Source: an uncultured Rhizobiaceae bacterium
GTDB lineage: Bacteria; Pseudomonadota; Alphaproteobacteria; Rhizobiales; Rhizobiaceae
DNA length: 64,000 nucleotides
Assembly: GCA_964242945.1 (NCBI GenBank)
Contig: CAXTCF010000004.1
Coordinates: forward strand, 1,045-65,044
Direction: 5' to 3'
Part shown: positions 21,091-29,643 of the stretch, in pieces
Layout: each line of letters begins with the position of its first letter
Numbering within the stretch: position 1 is the stretch's first letter
Notes under the pieces: generated by a model
Seen by the model: only the letters and a program-made list of their open reading frames with translations
Databases searched by the model: none
Told to the model about the DNA's origin: nothing
Translations under genes and position numbers: made by a program

Positions 21091-21573
21091 TCAATCCCCT
21101 TCCACCCGGCCCCGCAGCTTCTTGACGGTGCCGCGCCCTGCCTTGCCCTTCAGGCGCTTTTCCACCGAGCTTTTCGACGGCCTGGTCGGACGCCGCGGCT
21201 TGGGCGGCGGTTCGGCGGCGCGGGTGAGCAGGCCCAAGAGCCTTTCCCGTGCGTCGGCCCGGTTGCGCTCCTGGGTGCGGAAGCGGTTCGCCTCGATGAC
21301 GATTTCGCCGTCCTTGGTGGCGCGGCTGCCGGCAAGTGCAAGCAGGCGCCGGCGCACGTAATCGGACAAGCCGGATGCTGCGGCAGCATTGAAGCGCAGC
21401 TGCACGGCGGTCGCCACCTTGTTGACGTTCTGCCCGCCGGGCCCGGAGGCGCGGATGAAGCTCTCGCTGATCTCATCGGGATGAATGACCGCGCCCGCGC
21501 CGGCGGAAAGCGTTCCATCTCGATCGGAAGAGGCGGTAATCGGCATCGCGGAACCCAAAGCTTTGTTTGCCAT
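21091..21573 (-). CDS. arfB: Alternative ribosome rescue peptidyl-tRNA hydrolase
   Basis: SGPGGQNVNKV GGQ motif and basic C-terminal tail; start uncertain. Confidence 0.93.
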   Translation of the reverse strand: MANKALGSAMPITASSDRDGTLSAGAGAVIHPDEISESFIRASGPGGQNVNKVATAVQLRFNAAAASGLSDYVRRRLLALAGSRATKDGEIVIEANRFRTQERNRADARERLLGLLTRAAEPPPKPRRPTRPSKSSVEKRLKGKAGRGTVKKLRGRVEGD

Positions 21574-21627
21574 CGGCGTCTGATGGGTTATAGCGCGGGG
21601 TTCAAACGAAACCGGGTGAACCCGAAG

Positions 21628-21697
21628 CTAGAGCATGTCGCCCGAAACCGCGCAGCGGTTTTGGGCGAGAGACATGCGAAAAGACAAGAAGCTGACG
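21628..21697. repeat. Rhizobial intergenic palindromic repeat (TAGAGCATGTC...GCAGCGGTTT...GACATGC type)
   Basis: Stem GCATGTC/GCCCGAAACCGC, loop GCA, then GCGGTTTTGGGC/GACATGC. Resembles a repeat recalled from rhizobial genomes. Confidence 0.7.
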
Positions 21698-21875
21698 CGC
21701 GTTGCTTGAGGCCGGAAGGCTGCAACACGCTTCAGGTAAGCAGAACCACGGCCCAGACCGGCACACAGGCCTCGAAGTCCTATGCCACACTTTATGCCCG
21801 ATTTGTCCTTCAGAAGCCGGCCGCTTCGATGGACTGAACGGGAAAGAAGGGTCGATCATGAGGGAGCCGCTCGAC

Positions 21876-22595
21876 ATGGCAACGGTCGCGCTTGTAGATG
21901 ACGATCGCAACATCCTGACCTCGGTTTCGATCGCGCTGGAATCCGAAGGCTACCGCGTGGAAACCTACACCGACGGCGCCTCCGCGCTGGAAGGCTTGTC
22001 CACCCGGCCGCCGAACCTCGCCATCCTCGACATCAAGATGCCGCGCATGGACGGCATGGAGCTTTTGCGCCGGCTGCGCCAGAAGACCGACCTGCCCGTC
22101 ATCTTCCTGACCTCCAAGGACGACGAGATCGACGAACTGTTCGGCCTCAAGATGGGCGCCGACGACTTCATCCGCAAACCTTTCTCGCAGCGCCTGCTGG
22201 TGGAGCGCGTCAAGGCGGTGCTGCGCCGCGCCGGCGCCCGCGAAGCCGCGGCCGCCGCGCCGAATGCCAAGGGGACGCCGGAAAAGCCGGCGCGCAGCCT
22301 GGAGCGCGGGCAGCTGGTGATGGACCAGGAGCGCCACACCTGCACCTGGAAGGGCGAGGCGGTGACGCTCACCGTCACCGAGTTCCTGATCCTTCACAGC
22401 CTCGCCCAGAGGCCCGGCGTGGTGAAGAGCCGCGACGCGCTGATGGACTCGGCTTACGACGAGCAGGTCTATGTCGATGACCGCACCATCGACAGCCACA
22501 TCAAGCGGCTGCGGAAAAAGTTCAAGGCGGTGGACGACGACTTCGAGATGATCGAGACGCTCTACGGCGTGGGCTACCGCTTCAAGGAAGCCTGA
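21876..22595 (+). CDS. chvI: OmpR-family response regulator ChvI
   Basis: [46 protein letters not shown]; RBS AGGGAG upstream of ATG 21876. Confidence 0.96.
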   Translation: MATVALVDDDRNILTSVSIALESEGYRVETYTDGASALEGLSTRPPNLAILDIKMPRMDGMELLRRLRQKTDLPVIFLTSKDDEIDELFGLKMGADDFIRKPFSQRLLVERVKAVLRRAGAREAAAAAPNAKGTPEKPARSLERGQLVMDQERHTCTWKGEAVTLTVTEFLILHSLAQRPGVVKSRDALMDSAYDEQVYVDDRTIDSHIKRLRKKFKAVDDDFEMIETLYGVGYRFKEA

Positions 22596-22606
22596 GGCCA
22601 GCCGCG

Positions 22607-24430
22607 GTGGCGATCGAAGCGGAGGATTTTCGCCCATCCACCCTCACGCGGCTTGGCCCGCGCAACCGGCGTTCCGCCCGGCTGTTCTGGCGCAGGCTGA
22701 CGCTGGGCCGCTTGAGCTGGGGCCGGCTGTTCACGCCGGTGCGCCGCTTTCTCGGCCACCACGTCTTTTCCTCGCTCACCCGGCGCATCATCGTCCTCAA
22801 CTTCGCGGCGCTCTGCGTTCTGGTCGTCGGCATCCTCTACCTCAACCAGTTCCGCGACGGCCTGATCGAGGCGCGTGTGGAAAGCCTGATGACGCAGAGC
22901 GAGATCATCGCGGGCGCCATCGCGGCTTCCGCGACCGTCGAAACCGACGCGATATCGATCGACCCGGAAAAGCTCCTGGAGCTTCAGGCGGGCCAGAGCC
23001 TCGCGCCTGGCTCCGACGCGCTCGACAGCCTGGATTTTCCCATCAACCCGGAGCGCGTCGCGCCGGTGCTGCGCCGTTTGATCTCGCCCACCCGCACGCG
23101 GGCAAGGATCTTCGACCGCGACACGAACCTCCTGCTCGACTCCCGCCACCTCTACTCGCGCGGCCAGATCCTGCGCTACGACCTGCCGCCCGCCGCCGGC
23201 GAAGAGCCGAACCTGCTTGAACGGGCCGAGAATGCCGTGTTCGACTGGTTCCGTCCCTCCAATCTGCCGGTTTATCGCGAGCAGCCCGGCGGCAACGGCT
23301 CCAACTTTCCAGAGGTGATGAACGCGCTGACGGGCGTGCCTTCCACGGTGGTGCGCGTCAGCGAGCAGGGCGAGCAGATCGTTTCCGTGGCGGTGCCGAT
23401 CCAGCGCTTTCGCGCCGTGCTCGGCGTGCTCATGCTGTCCACGCAGGGCGGCGACATCGACAAGATCGTGTCCGGCGAGCGCCAGGCGATCCTGCGCGTG
23501 TTCGGCATCGCCGCGCTCGTCAACATCGTGCTTTCGCTGCTGCTGGCTTCCACCATCGCCAATCCCCTGCGCCGGCTCGCCGCGGCCGCCGTGCGCGTGC
23601 GCCGCGGCGTGAAGAGCCGCGAGGAGATCCCCGACTATTCCGACCGCCAGGACGAGATCGGCAACCTGTCCACGGCCGTGCGCGACATGACCAAGGCGCT
23701 CTATGCCCGCATCGAGGCGATCGAAAGTTTTGCGGCCGATGTCAGCCACGAGCTGAAGAACCCGCTGACCTCGTTGCGCTCCGCGGTGGAAACCATGCCG
23801 CTCGCCAAGAACCCGGAGTCCCGCGCCCGCCTGATGGAGGTGATCCAGCACGACGTGAAGCGGCTCGACCGGCTGATCACCGACATCTCCGATGCGTCGC
23901 GCCTGGATGCCGAACTCGCGCGTGACGACGCCGCCCGCGTGGACATGAAGGCCTTCGTGGAAGACCTCGCCGCACTTGCGCGCGACGCCGGGCGCAACAA
24001 GAAGAAGGTCGCGGTCGAGTTCAAGGCGGAGAAGCTGCCGGCAAGCATCAAGGGCTTCTTCGTGCAGGGACACGACCTGCGCCTGGGCCAGGTCGTCACC
24101 AACCTGATCGAGAACGCGCGCTCCTTCGTGCCGGACGACGGCGGGCGCCTCACCTTGCGCCTCAGCCGCACCGCGAAGTCTGTGGTGCTCGCGATAGAGG
24201 ACAACGGGCCGGGCATCCGCGCGGAAAACATCGACCGCATCTTCGAGCGCTTCTACACCGACCGGCCGGCCGGCGAAGCGTTCGGCCAGAATTCGGGCCT
24301 CGGCCTTTCCATCAGCCGCCAGATCGCCGAAGCCCATGGCGGCACGCTGACGGCCGAGAACATCCCCGGCGACAAGCCGGGCGAGCTGCGCGGGGCGCGC
24401 TTCACCCTGACCTTGCCGGCCGAAGAGTGA
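22607..24430 (+). CDS. chvG: Sensor histidine kinase ChvG/ExoS
   Basis: SSLTRRI, periplasmic sensor, HAMP, HELKNPLTSL, NSGLGLSIS. Confidence 0.96.
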   Translation: MAIEAEDFRPSTLTRLGPRNRRSARLFWRRLTLGRLSWGRLFTPVRRFLGHHVFSSLTRRIIVLNFAALCVLVVGILYLNQFRDGLIEARVESLMTQSEIIAGAIAASATVETDAISIDPEKLLELQAGQSLAPGSDALDSLDFPINPERVAPVLRRLISPTRTRARIFDRDTNLLLDSRHLYSRGQILRYDLPPAAGEEPNLLERAENAVFDWFRPSNLPVYREQPGGNGSNFPEVMNALTGVPSTVVRVSEQGEQIVSVAVPIQRFRAVLGVLMLSTQGGDIDKIVSGERQAILRVFGIAALVNIVLSLLLASTIANPLRRLAAAAVRVRRGVKSREEIPDYSDRQDEIGNLSTAVRDMTKALYARIEAIESFAADVSHELKNPLTSLRSAVETMPLAKNPESRARLMEVIQHDVKRLDRLITDISDASRLDAELARDDAARVDMKAFVEDLAALARDAGRNKKKVAVEFKAEKLPASIKGFFVQGHDLRLGQVVTNLIENARSFVPDDGGRLTLRLSRTAKSVVLAIEDNGPGIRAENIDRIFERFYTDRPAGEAFGQNSGLGLSISRQIAEAHGGTLTAENIPGDKPGELRGARFTLTLPAEE

Positions 24431-24452
24431 AGACGTCCCTGCCGGATCTTGC

Positions 24453-24887
24453 GTGAACCTCCACGCCTCGGCCGTTTCCGTCCGCAGCCGCGGCATCCTG
24501 ATCACCGGGCGCTCCGGCTCCGGCAAGACGCGCCTGGCCCTGGCGCTCGTGCGCGAAGCGCGGCTCTTCGGTCATGCGGCGCAGCTTGTTGCCGACGATC
24601 AGGTTCTGCTTGCGCCCCAGGACGGGCGCTTGTTGGCGCGGGTGCCGCCCCCCATATCGGGTCTCGTGGAAATCCGTGGTTTCGGCATCCTTTCCGTACC
24701 CTCTATGGAAGCCTGTGTCCTTGATCTGATCCTGCGCCTTGTGCCCGCTGGCCAGGCTCCCCGGATGGCTGAGAACGCTACAGAGGAGCTTGCGGGCTGC
24801 ATTCTTCCGCGGCTCGACCTGCCCGAAGGCGATGCTCCCGGCGCGGTGCTTGCCGCGAATGCCTTCCTGTTCGGGAGCCCGTTTTAA
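24453..24887 (+). CDS. hprK: Short HPr kinase/phosphorylase
   Basis: NLHAS, GRSGSGKT, LVADDQ, GLVEIRG; conserved position after chvG. Confidence 0.9.
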   Translation: MNLHASAVSVRSRGILITGRSGSGKTRLALALVREARLFGHAAQLVADDQVLLAPQDGRLLARVPPPISGLVEIRGFGILSVPSMEACVLDLILRLVPAGQAPRMAENATEELAGCILPRLDLPEGDAPGAVLAANAFLFGSPF

Positions 24888-25135
24888 GGCATGACAGGGA
24901 AGCGCCACTCGCGAAATGGACGGCACTGTGGCAGTTTTGCGCTTGCTAACAGGCAGACGCTCGACAACAGTGCACATCCCGGCGGACGGAGGGGCGCTCC
25001 GGCCGGGCAACGGAATGCGCAACAATCTAAAAGGCCGCGCAGGCTGGGCCAGTGCTTTCAAGGCATGAGCGATGCCGACCGGATCGGCAGCATGGTCAAA
25101 GGCTATAGGCTGAAAACGGAGCCAACGCAGGAAAC

Positions 25136-25540
25136 ATGATCGGGCTCGTGCTTGTTACGCACGGTCGGCTGGCCGAAGAGTTCCGGCACGCCGTGGAACA
25201 TGTGATGGGGGTGCAGGAACGCTTCGAAACCGTCTCGATCGGGGCGGACGATGACATGGCGCGCCGCCGCCGCGACATCGAGGAGGCGGTGGCGCGCGCG
25301 GACAGCGGAACAGGCGTCGTGATCCTGACCGACATGTTCGGCGGCACGCCTTCCAACTTGGCCATCTCCGTGATGGAGCCCGGCCGCATCGAGGTGATCG
25401 CCGGCGTCAACCTGCCGATGCTGATCAAGCTGTCCGTCATCCGCGAGGGCGACGACATGCCGAGGGCCCTGGAGATGGCCCAGCTTGCCGGCCGCAAATA
25501 CATCAACGTCGCCAGCCAGATGCTCACCTGCTCGAAATGA
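25136..25540 (+). CDS. manX: PTS EIIA (mannose family) component
   Basis: LVTHG, TDMFGGTPSN, GVNLPML. Confidence 0.93.
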   Translation: MIGLVLVTHGRLAEEFRHAVEHVMGVQERFETVSIGADDDMARRRRDIEEAVARADSGTGVVILTDMFGGTPSNLAISVMEPGRIEVIAGVNLPMLIKLSVIREGDDMPRALEMAQLAGRKYINVASQMLTCSK

Positions 25541-25812
25541 GCGAGGCGTCCCGCGACTTCCTGATCCCCAACCAGCGCGGCCTGCACGCCCGCGCTTCCG
25601 CAAAATTCGTCCAGGTGGCCAGCGGCTTCCGGTCGGACATCCGGGTCGAGCGCGACGGCACAAGCGTCGGCGGCACCTCCATCATGGGCCTGATGATGCT
25701 GAATGCCGGCCAGGGCTCCACCGTGCGCGTTTCCGCCAGCGGGCCGGACGCGGCTGAAGCAGTCGAGGCGATCGGCGCCCTGATCGGCTCGCGCTTCGGC
25801 GAAGAGTGCTGA
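25537..25812 (+). CDS. ptsH: PTS phosphocarrier HPr/NPr
   Basis: GLHARAS and SIMGLMML. Confidence 0.93.
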   Translation: MSEASRDFLIPNQRGLHARASAKFVQVASGFRSDIRVERDGTSVGGTSIMGLMMLNAGQGSTVRVSASGPDAAEAVEAIGALIGSRFGEEC

Positions 25813-25971
25813 CGGCCGGCTGAGGAGCGGCGGGGCGCGGAAGGCACCGCGCACGTGGATCGTGGTGGTTTAAGCGCCCGCGGCGGGCGCGGGGGGTTGC
25901 GGCTACGTGGGCGCCGGGCGGGGGGTGTCGCGCGGGGCCGCTGAAGGCACGGCGCACTTCGATCGTCTTCT

Positions 25972-27789
25972 TTACTGCGCCGGCGTCGGGCGCGGCGTGT
26001 TCAGCCGGGGCAGCACCTGCTTGGGGGGCTGGTAGCCTTGGCCGGGAACGCGGTTGTTGGCCGGCGGCTCGTCGGGAGACTGCGTTTCCGGCTCAGGCTG
26101 CGTCTCGGCTGGAGGAGCGGGCGCCGCCTCGTTCACAACCGGCGGGGAAGGCGGTTCTCCTTGCGCGACCGCGCCGGAATAGGCCGTCCACAGGGAGGCG
26201 GCGCGCGCCTTGGCGTCCGGCATCGAGAGCACCAGACGCTTGTCGTTGGCGGCGCGGGCCAGGTCGTCGCGCAACGCCTGCGCGGGCAGGTCGCCCGCGG
26301 CCGCAGCCAAAAGCGCCAGCGCATAGGCTTCCGTGAAGTCGCGCGGAATTTTTCGGCCCTCGTAATAGTCGAACGCCACGTTGCGGATTTCCTGCGGCGA
26401 AACCCCGGCTATGTTGTCGGTCGTGGCCGCGACGTAGTTCTGGCCGCGGTCCGTTCGCTCGCGAAAATAGGCGCCGGCCTGCAATTCCGCCGTGCGCGCC
26501 GCCAAGGGCGTCAGCTTCGTCGCGACCGCAGCCAAATTTGCATCCGAAACCGGACCGCCCAACGCCCGTCCCACCAGCAGGAACTGGTAGAGGTCCGGCA
26601 GTTCCGAAGGCCCAAGTTCGGGCAGCGCGTCGGTCCCGAAGGCCGAAGCGAGCGCCACCGCCGCGCCGGCATCACCGCCGGAGGCCAGGCGCAGCAGCGC
26701 CGCGGCGCCGCCCTCCCTGTCCTGCAAGGCGCCGAGGCCGAGGATTGCGGCGTTGGCCGCGCCAAGCGGCGTGGACGTATCGACGGCCGGGAGAGCCAAG
26801 GCCACGGCTGCCGGCCCGGAGGTCACGGTGGGATTCAGCGCAGCGATCAGCGCCTCGTCCACCACGCCGCCTGCAAAGCGTTCCAGCGGCACCGGCTCGG
26901 CCGGTTGCAGCGAGAGCCGCAGCGCACCCTTCTTCTGCACGAAGTCGCCGGCCATGCGGGCCCACTCCTCCGCTTGGGCGCGCAGGGCCGGGCTCGCGCC
27001 GCCCGGCAACCCGTCAAGCAGGGCGTTCACGCTCATCAGCGGCATTGCGGCCAGGCCGGCGCGCATCTGGTCTGGCGAAACGCCCTGGCCCTCGGCGGCA
27101 ATCGTCGTCGCCGCGTCCACCAAGCCGAAGTCGCGATAGGTCAAGGTGAAGCTGCGCAAGGTGCCGGCGACGGTCGGCGCCTGCGAAACGGGCATGCCGC
27201 CATCCTCGATCGCCGTCACGTCGTCCATCGGCACGAGGATGTGGAAGCCGTCCACGGCGCCGGAGACCTGGAGCTGGCCGACGCGCGGCAGGTCCATGCC
27301 GAGGCTGAAGTCGTAGGCCGCCCGCGCATTGTCGCTCTTGAAGGTGAACACCGCGTCGCCGGAAAGCCGCTCCTGCCCAAGCGCCGCCAGACCCTTGCGC
27401 ACATCGGGCGGCAGGTCGAGCCGGCTCAAGTCCACCGCGAAATTGCCGAGTTGCGTGCTTTGCTCGCCGATCCGGAACCGCTCCGCCGTGAAGTCGAAAG
27501 GGCCGCGCCGAATGTGCAGGTCGCTGACGACGAAGCTCTGCGTAACCGGGTCGTAAGCGCGCGTGCCATAGGTGATGACCGCAAAGGAGCGGCCGACCTG
27601 CACCGCAAGGTCGAAGACGAGAGGCGAGTAGGGCAGGAGGAAGCGGCCCAGGCTATCGTTGGCGACGAAGGTCGGCGCGAGTGTTTGCGCCTGCGCCGCC
27701 GTTCCCGCCAGCCCGCAGAGCGCCAAGCCGAGCGCCGTGCTGCGCGTCCACCTGGCTGCTGCTCTTCCCAGACGTCCTGTCGTGCGCAT
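25972..27789 (-). CDS. Exported hypothetical protein with degenerate Sel1-like repeats and a Pro-rich tail
   Basis: Strong GGAGGA RBS before ATG 27789; signal peptide ending AAQA; YYEGRKIPRDFTEAYALALLAAAAG is Sel1-like. Confidence 0.75.
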   Translation of the reverse strand: MRTTGRLGRAAARWTRSTALGLALCGLAGTAAQAQTLAPTFVANDSLGRFLLPYSPLVFDLAVQVGRSFAVITYGTRAYDPVTQSFVVSDLHIRRGPFDFTAERFRIGEQSTQLGNFAVDLSRLDLPPDVRKGLAALGQERLSGDAVFTFKSDNARAAYDFSLGMDLPRVGQLQVSGAVDGFHILVPMDDVTAIEDGGMPVSQAPTVAGTLRSFTLTYRDFGLVDAATTIAAEGQGVSPDQMRAGLAAMPLMSVNALLDGLPGGASPALRAQAEEWARMAGDFVQKKGALRLSLQPAEPVPLERFAGGVVDEALIAALNPTVTSGPAAVALALPAVDTSTPLGAANAAILGLGALQDREGGAAALLRLASGGDAGAAVALASAFGTDALPELGPSELPDLYQFLLVGRALGGPVSDANLAAVATKLTPLAARTAELQAGAYFRERTDRGQNYVAATTDNIAGVSPQEIRNVAFDYYEGRKIPRDFTEAYALALLAAAAGDLPAQALRDDLARAANDKRLVLSMPDAKARAASLWTAYSGAVAQGEPPSPPVVNEAAPAPPAETQPEPETQSPDEPPANNRVPGQGYQPPKQVLPRLNTPRPTPAQ

Positions 27790-27888
27790 CCCGTTTGTCC
27801 TCCGAGCCCAACTGCACCGGCGCAAGGCATAGCGGAGTTTCCTTTGGGGCAGAAGAGGCGCTGCGTCCTTACTCGATCAATGAAAATC

Positions 27889-27908
27889 ATATAAGGAAAT
27901 GTTTATAT
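27889..27908. promoter_or_regulatory. Candidate SahR-type operator upstream of ahcY
   Basis: AT-rich imperfect palindrome ATATAAGGAAATGTTTATAT in GC-rich DNA, 110 bp before ahcY. Confidence 0.55.
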
Positions 27909-28018
27909 CTGCTTGTGCTGCCGGGCCGGCTCTGGTAATGGGCCGCGCAATCCCGCCTGCCGCAGATCCCCTGCGACGGGCACAACCGCTTTCGAGAACG
28001 AAAAACCGGAGCCCCTTC

Positions 28019-29416
28019 ATGGCTGAACAGGACTTTGTCGTCGCCGACATCAAGCTGGCCGATTGGGGCCGCAAGGAAATCGACATCGCCGAAACCGAGA
28101 TGCCGGGCCTGATGGCCTGCCGCGAGGAATTCGGCGACACGCAGCCGCTGAAGGGCGCCCGCATTTCCGGCTCGCTGCACATGACCATCCAGACGGCGGT
28201 GCTGATCGAGACGCTGAAGGCTCTAGGCGCCGACGTGCGCTGGGCCTCCTGCAACATCTTCTCCACCCAGGACCATGCTGCATCGGCGATCGCCGCTTCC
28301 GGCACGCCGGTCTTTGCCGTGAAGGGCGAGAGCCTGGAGGACTATTGGGTCTACACGGACAAGATCTTCCAGTGGACGGACGGTGCGCCCACCAACATGA
28401 TCCTGGACGACGGCGGCGACGCCACGATGTACATCCTGATCGGCGCCCGCGCCGAAGCCGGCGAGGACGTGCTGTCCAACCCTGGCTCCGAGGAAGAGGA
28501 AATCCTCTTCGCGCAGATAAGCAAGCGCATGGAACAGACCCCCGGCTTCTTCACCAGGAACCGCGACGCCATCCGCGGCGTGACGGAAGAAACCACCACC
28601 GGCGTCAACCGCCTCTATCAGCTGCAGAAGAAGGGCCTGCTGCCCTTCCCCGCGATCAACGTCAACGACAGCGTCACCAAGTCGAAGTTCGACAACAAGT
28701 ACGGCTGCAAGGAATCGCTGGTGGACGGCATCCGCCGCGGCACCGACGTGATGATGGCCGGCAAGGTCGCCGTGGTGTGCGGCTACGGCGACGTGGGCAA
28801 GGGCTCGGCGGCCTCTCTCAGGGGTGCGGGAGCACGCGTGAAGGTCACCGAGATCGACCCGATCTGCGCGCTCCAGGCCGCGATGGACGGCTATGAGGTC
28901 GTGACGCTGGAAGACGCGGCGCCTTCCGCCGACATCGTGATCACCACCACCGGCAACAAGGACGTGATCACCCTCGACCACATGCGCCGCTTCAAGGACA
29001 TGGCCATCGTCGGCAATATCGGCCACTTCGACAACGAGATCCAGGTAGCCAGCCTGCGCAACCTGAAGTGGACCAACATCAAGCCGCAGGTGGACATGAT
29101 CGAGTTCCCCGGCGGCAACCGCATGATCCTGCTCTCGGAAGGCCGCCTGCTCAACCTCGGCAACGCCACGGGCCACCCGTCCTTCGTGATGTCGGCTTCC
29201 TTCACCAACCAGGTGCTGGCGCAGATCGAGCTTTGGACCAAGCCCGGCCAGTACGAGAACAAGGTCTATGTGCTGCCCAAGCACCTGGACGAGCGCGTGG
29301 CGCGCCTTCACCTGGACAAGCTCGGCGTCAAGCTGACCGAGCTTTCCGGCGAGCAGGCCGCCTATATCGGCGTCGGCCAGCAGGGCCCGTTCAAGCCGGA
29401 GCACTACCGCTACTGA
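28019..29416 (+). CDS. ahcY: Adenosylhomocysteinase
   Basis: [48 protein letters not shown]; start at ATG 28019. Confidence 0.98.
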   Translation: MAEQDFVVADIKLADWGRKEIDIAETEMPGLMACREEFGDTQPLKGARISGSLHMTIQTAVLIETLKALGADVRWASCNIFSTQDHAASAIAASGTPVFAVKGESLEDYWVYTDKIFQWTDGAPTNMILDDGGDATMYILIGARAEAGEDVLSNPGSEEEEILFAQISKRMEQTPGFFTRNRDAIRGVTEETTTGVNRLYQLQKKGLLPFPAINVNDSVTKSKFDNKYGCKESLVDGIRRGTDVMMAGKVAVVCGYGDVGKGSAASLRGAGARVKVTEIDPICALQAAMDGYEVVTLEDAAPSADIVITTTGNKDVITLDHMRRFKDMAIVGNIGHFDNEIQVASLRNLKWTNIKPQVDMIEFPGGNRMILLSEGRLLNLGNATGHPSFVMSASFTNQVLAQIELWTKPGQYENKVYVLPKHLDERVARLHLDKLGVKLTELSGEQAAYIGVGQQGPFKPEHYRY

Positions 29417-29462
29417 GGGGTGCGGCGCCTCTGGTTCTTAAACCAGAGCAGCTTCGATGAGG

Positions 29463-29490
29463 AGGCCGGGCAACACAGCCCGGCCTTTTT
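29463..29490 (+). terminator. Rho-independent terminator after ahcY
   Basis: AGGCCGGGC-AACACA-GCCCGGCCT followed by TTTT. Confidence 0.8.
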
Positions 29491-29643
29491 CATGCACACG
29501 ATTCTTGGGTCTTGTTCCCGCATGACCTGCTTGGCTATCCTGCCCGTCTGGTTCGTGATGCGCCCGTCTTCGGCGGAGGCGGTGTGGGGTGTTCGACGCA
29601 TCGGGTGCCGGATCAGGCAGTGCGGCAATGAGGGAATTCTGGG

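Noticed and set aside
25874-25938. G-quadruplex-like G-tract cluster between HPr and the Sel1-like gene
   Set aside because: Loop lengths are marginal, G-runs are common at this GC content, and the GCGCCCG-CGG-CGGGCGC hairpin explains it as a terminator region.
27850-28018. SAH riboswitch upstream of ahcY (GAGGCGCTGCG resembles its 5' strand)
   Set aside because: The downstream CCAGGCTC and pseudoknot elements are not present.
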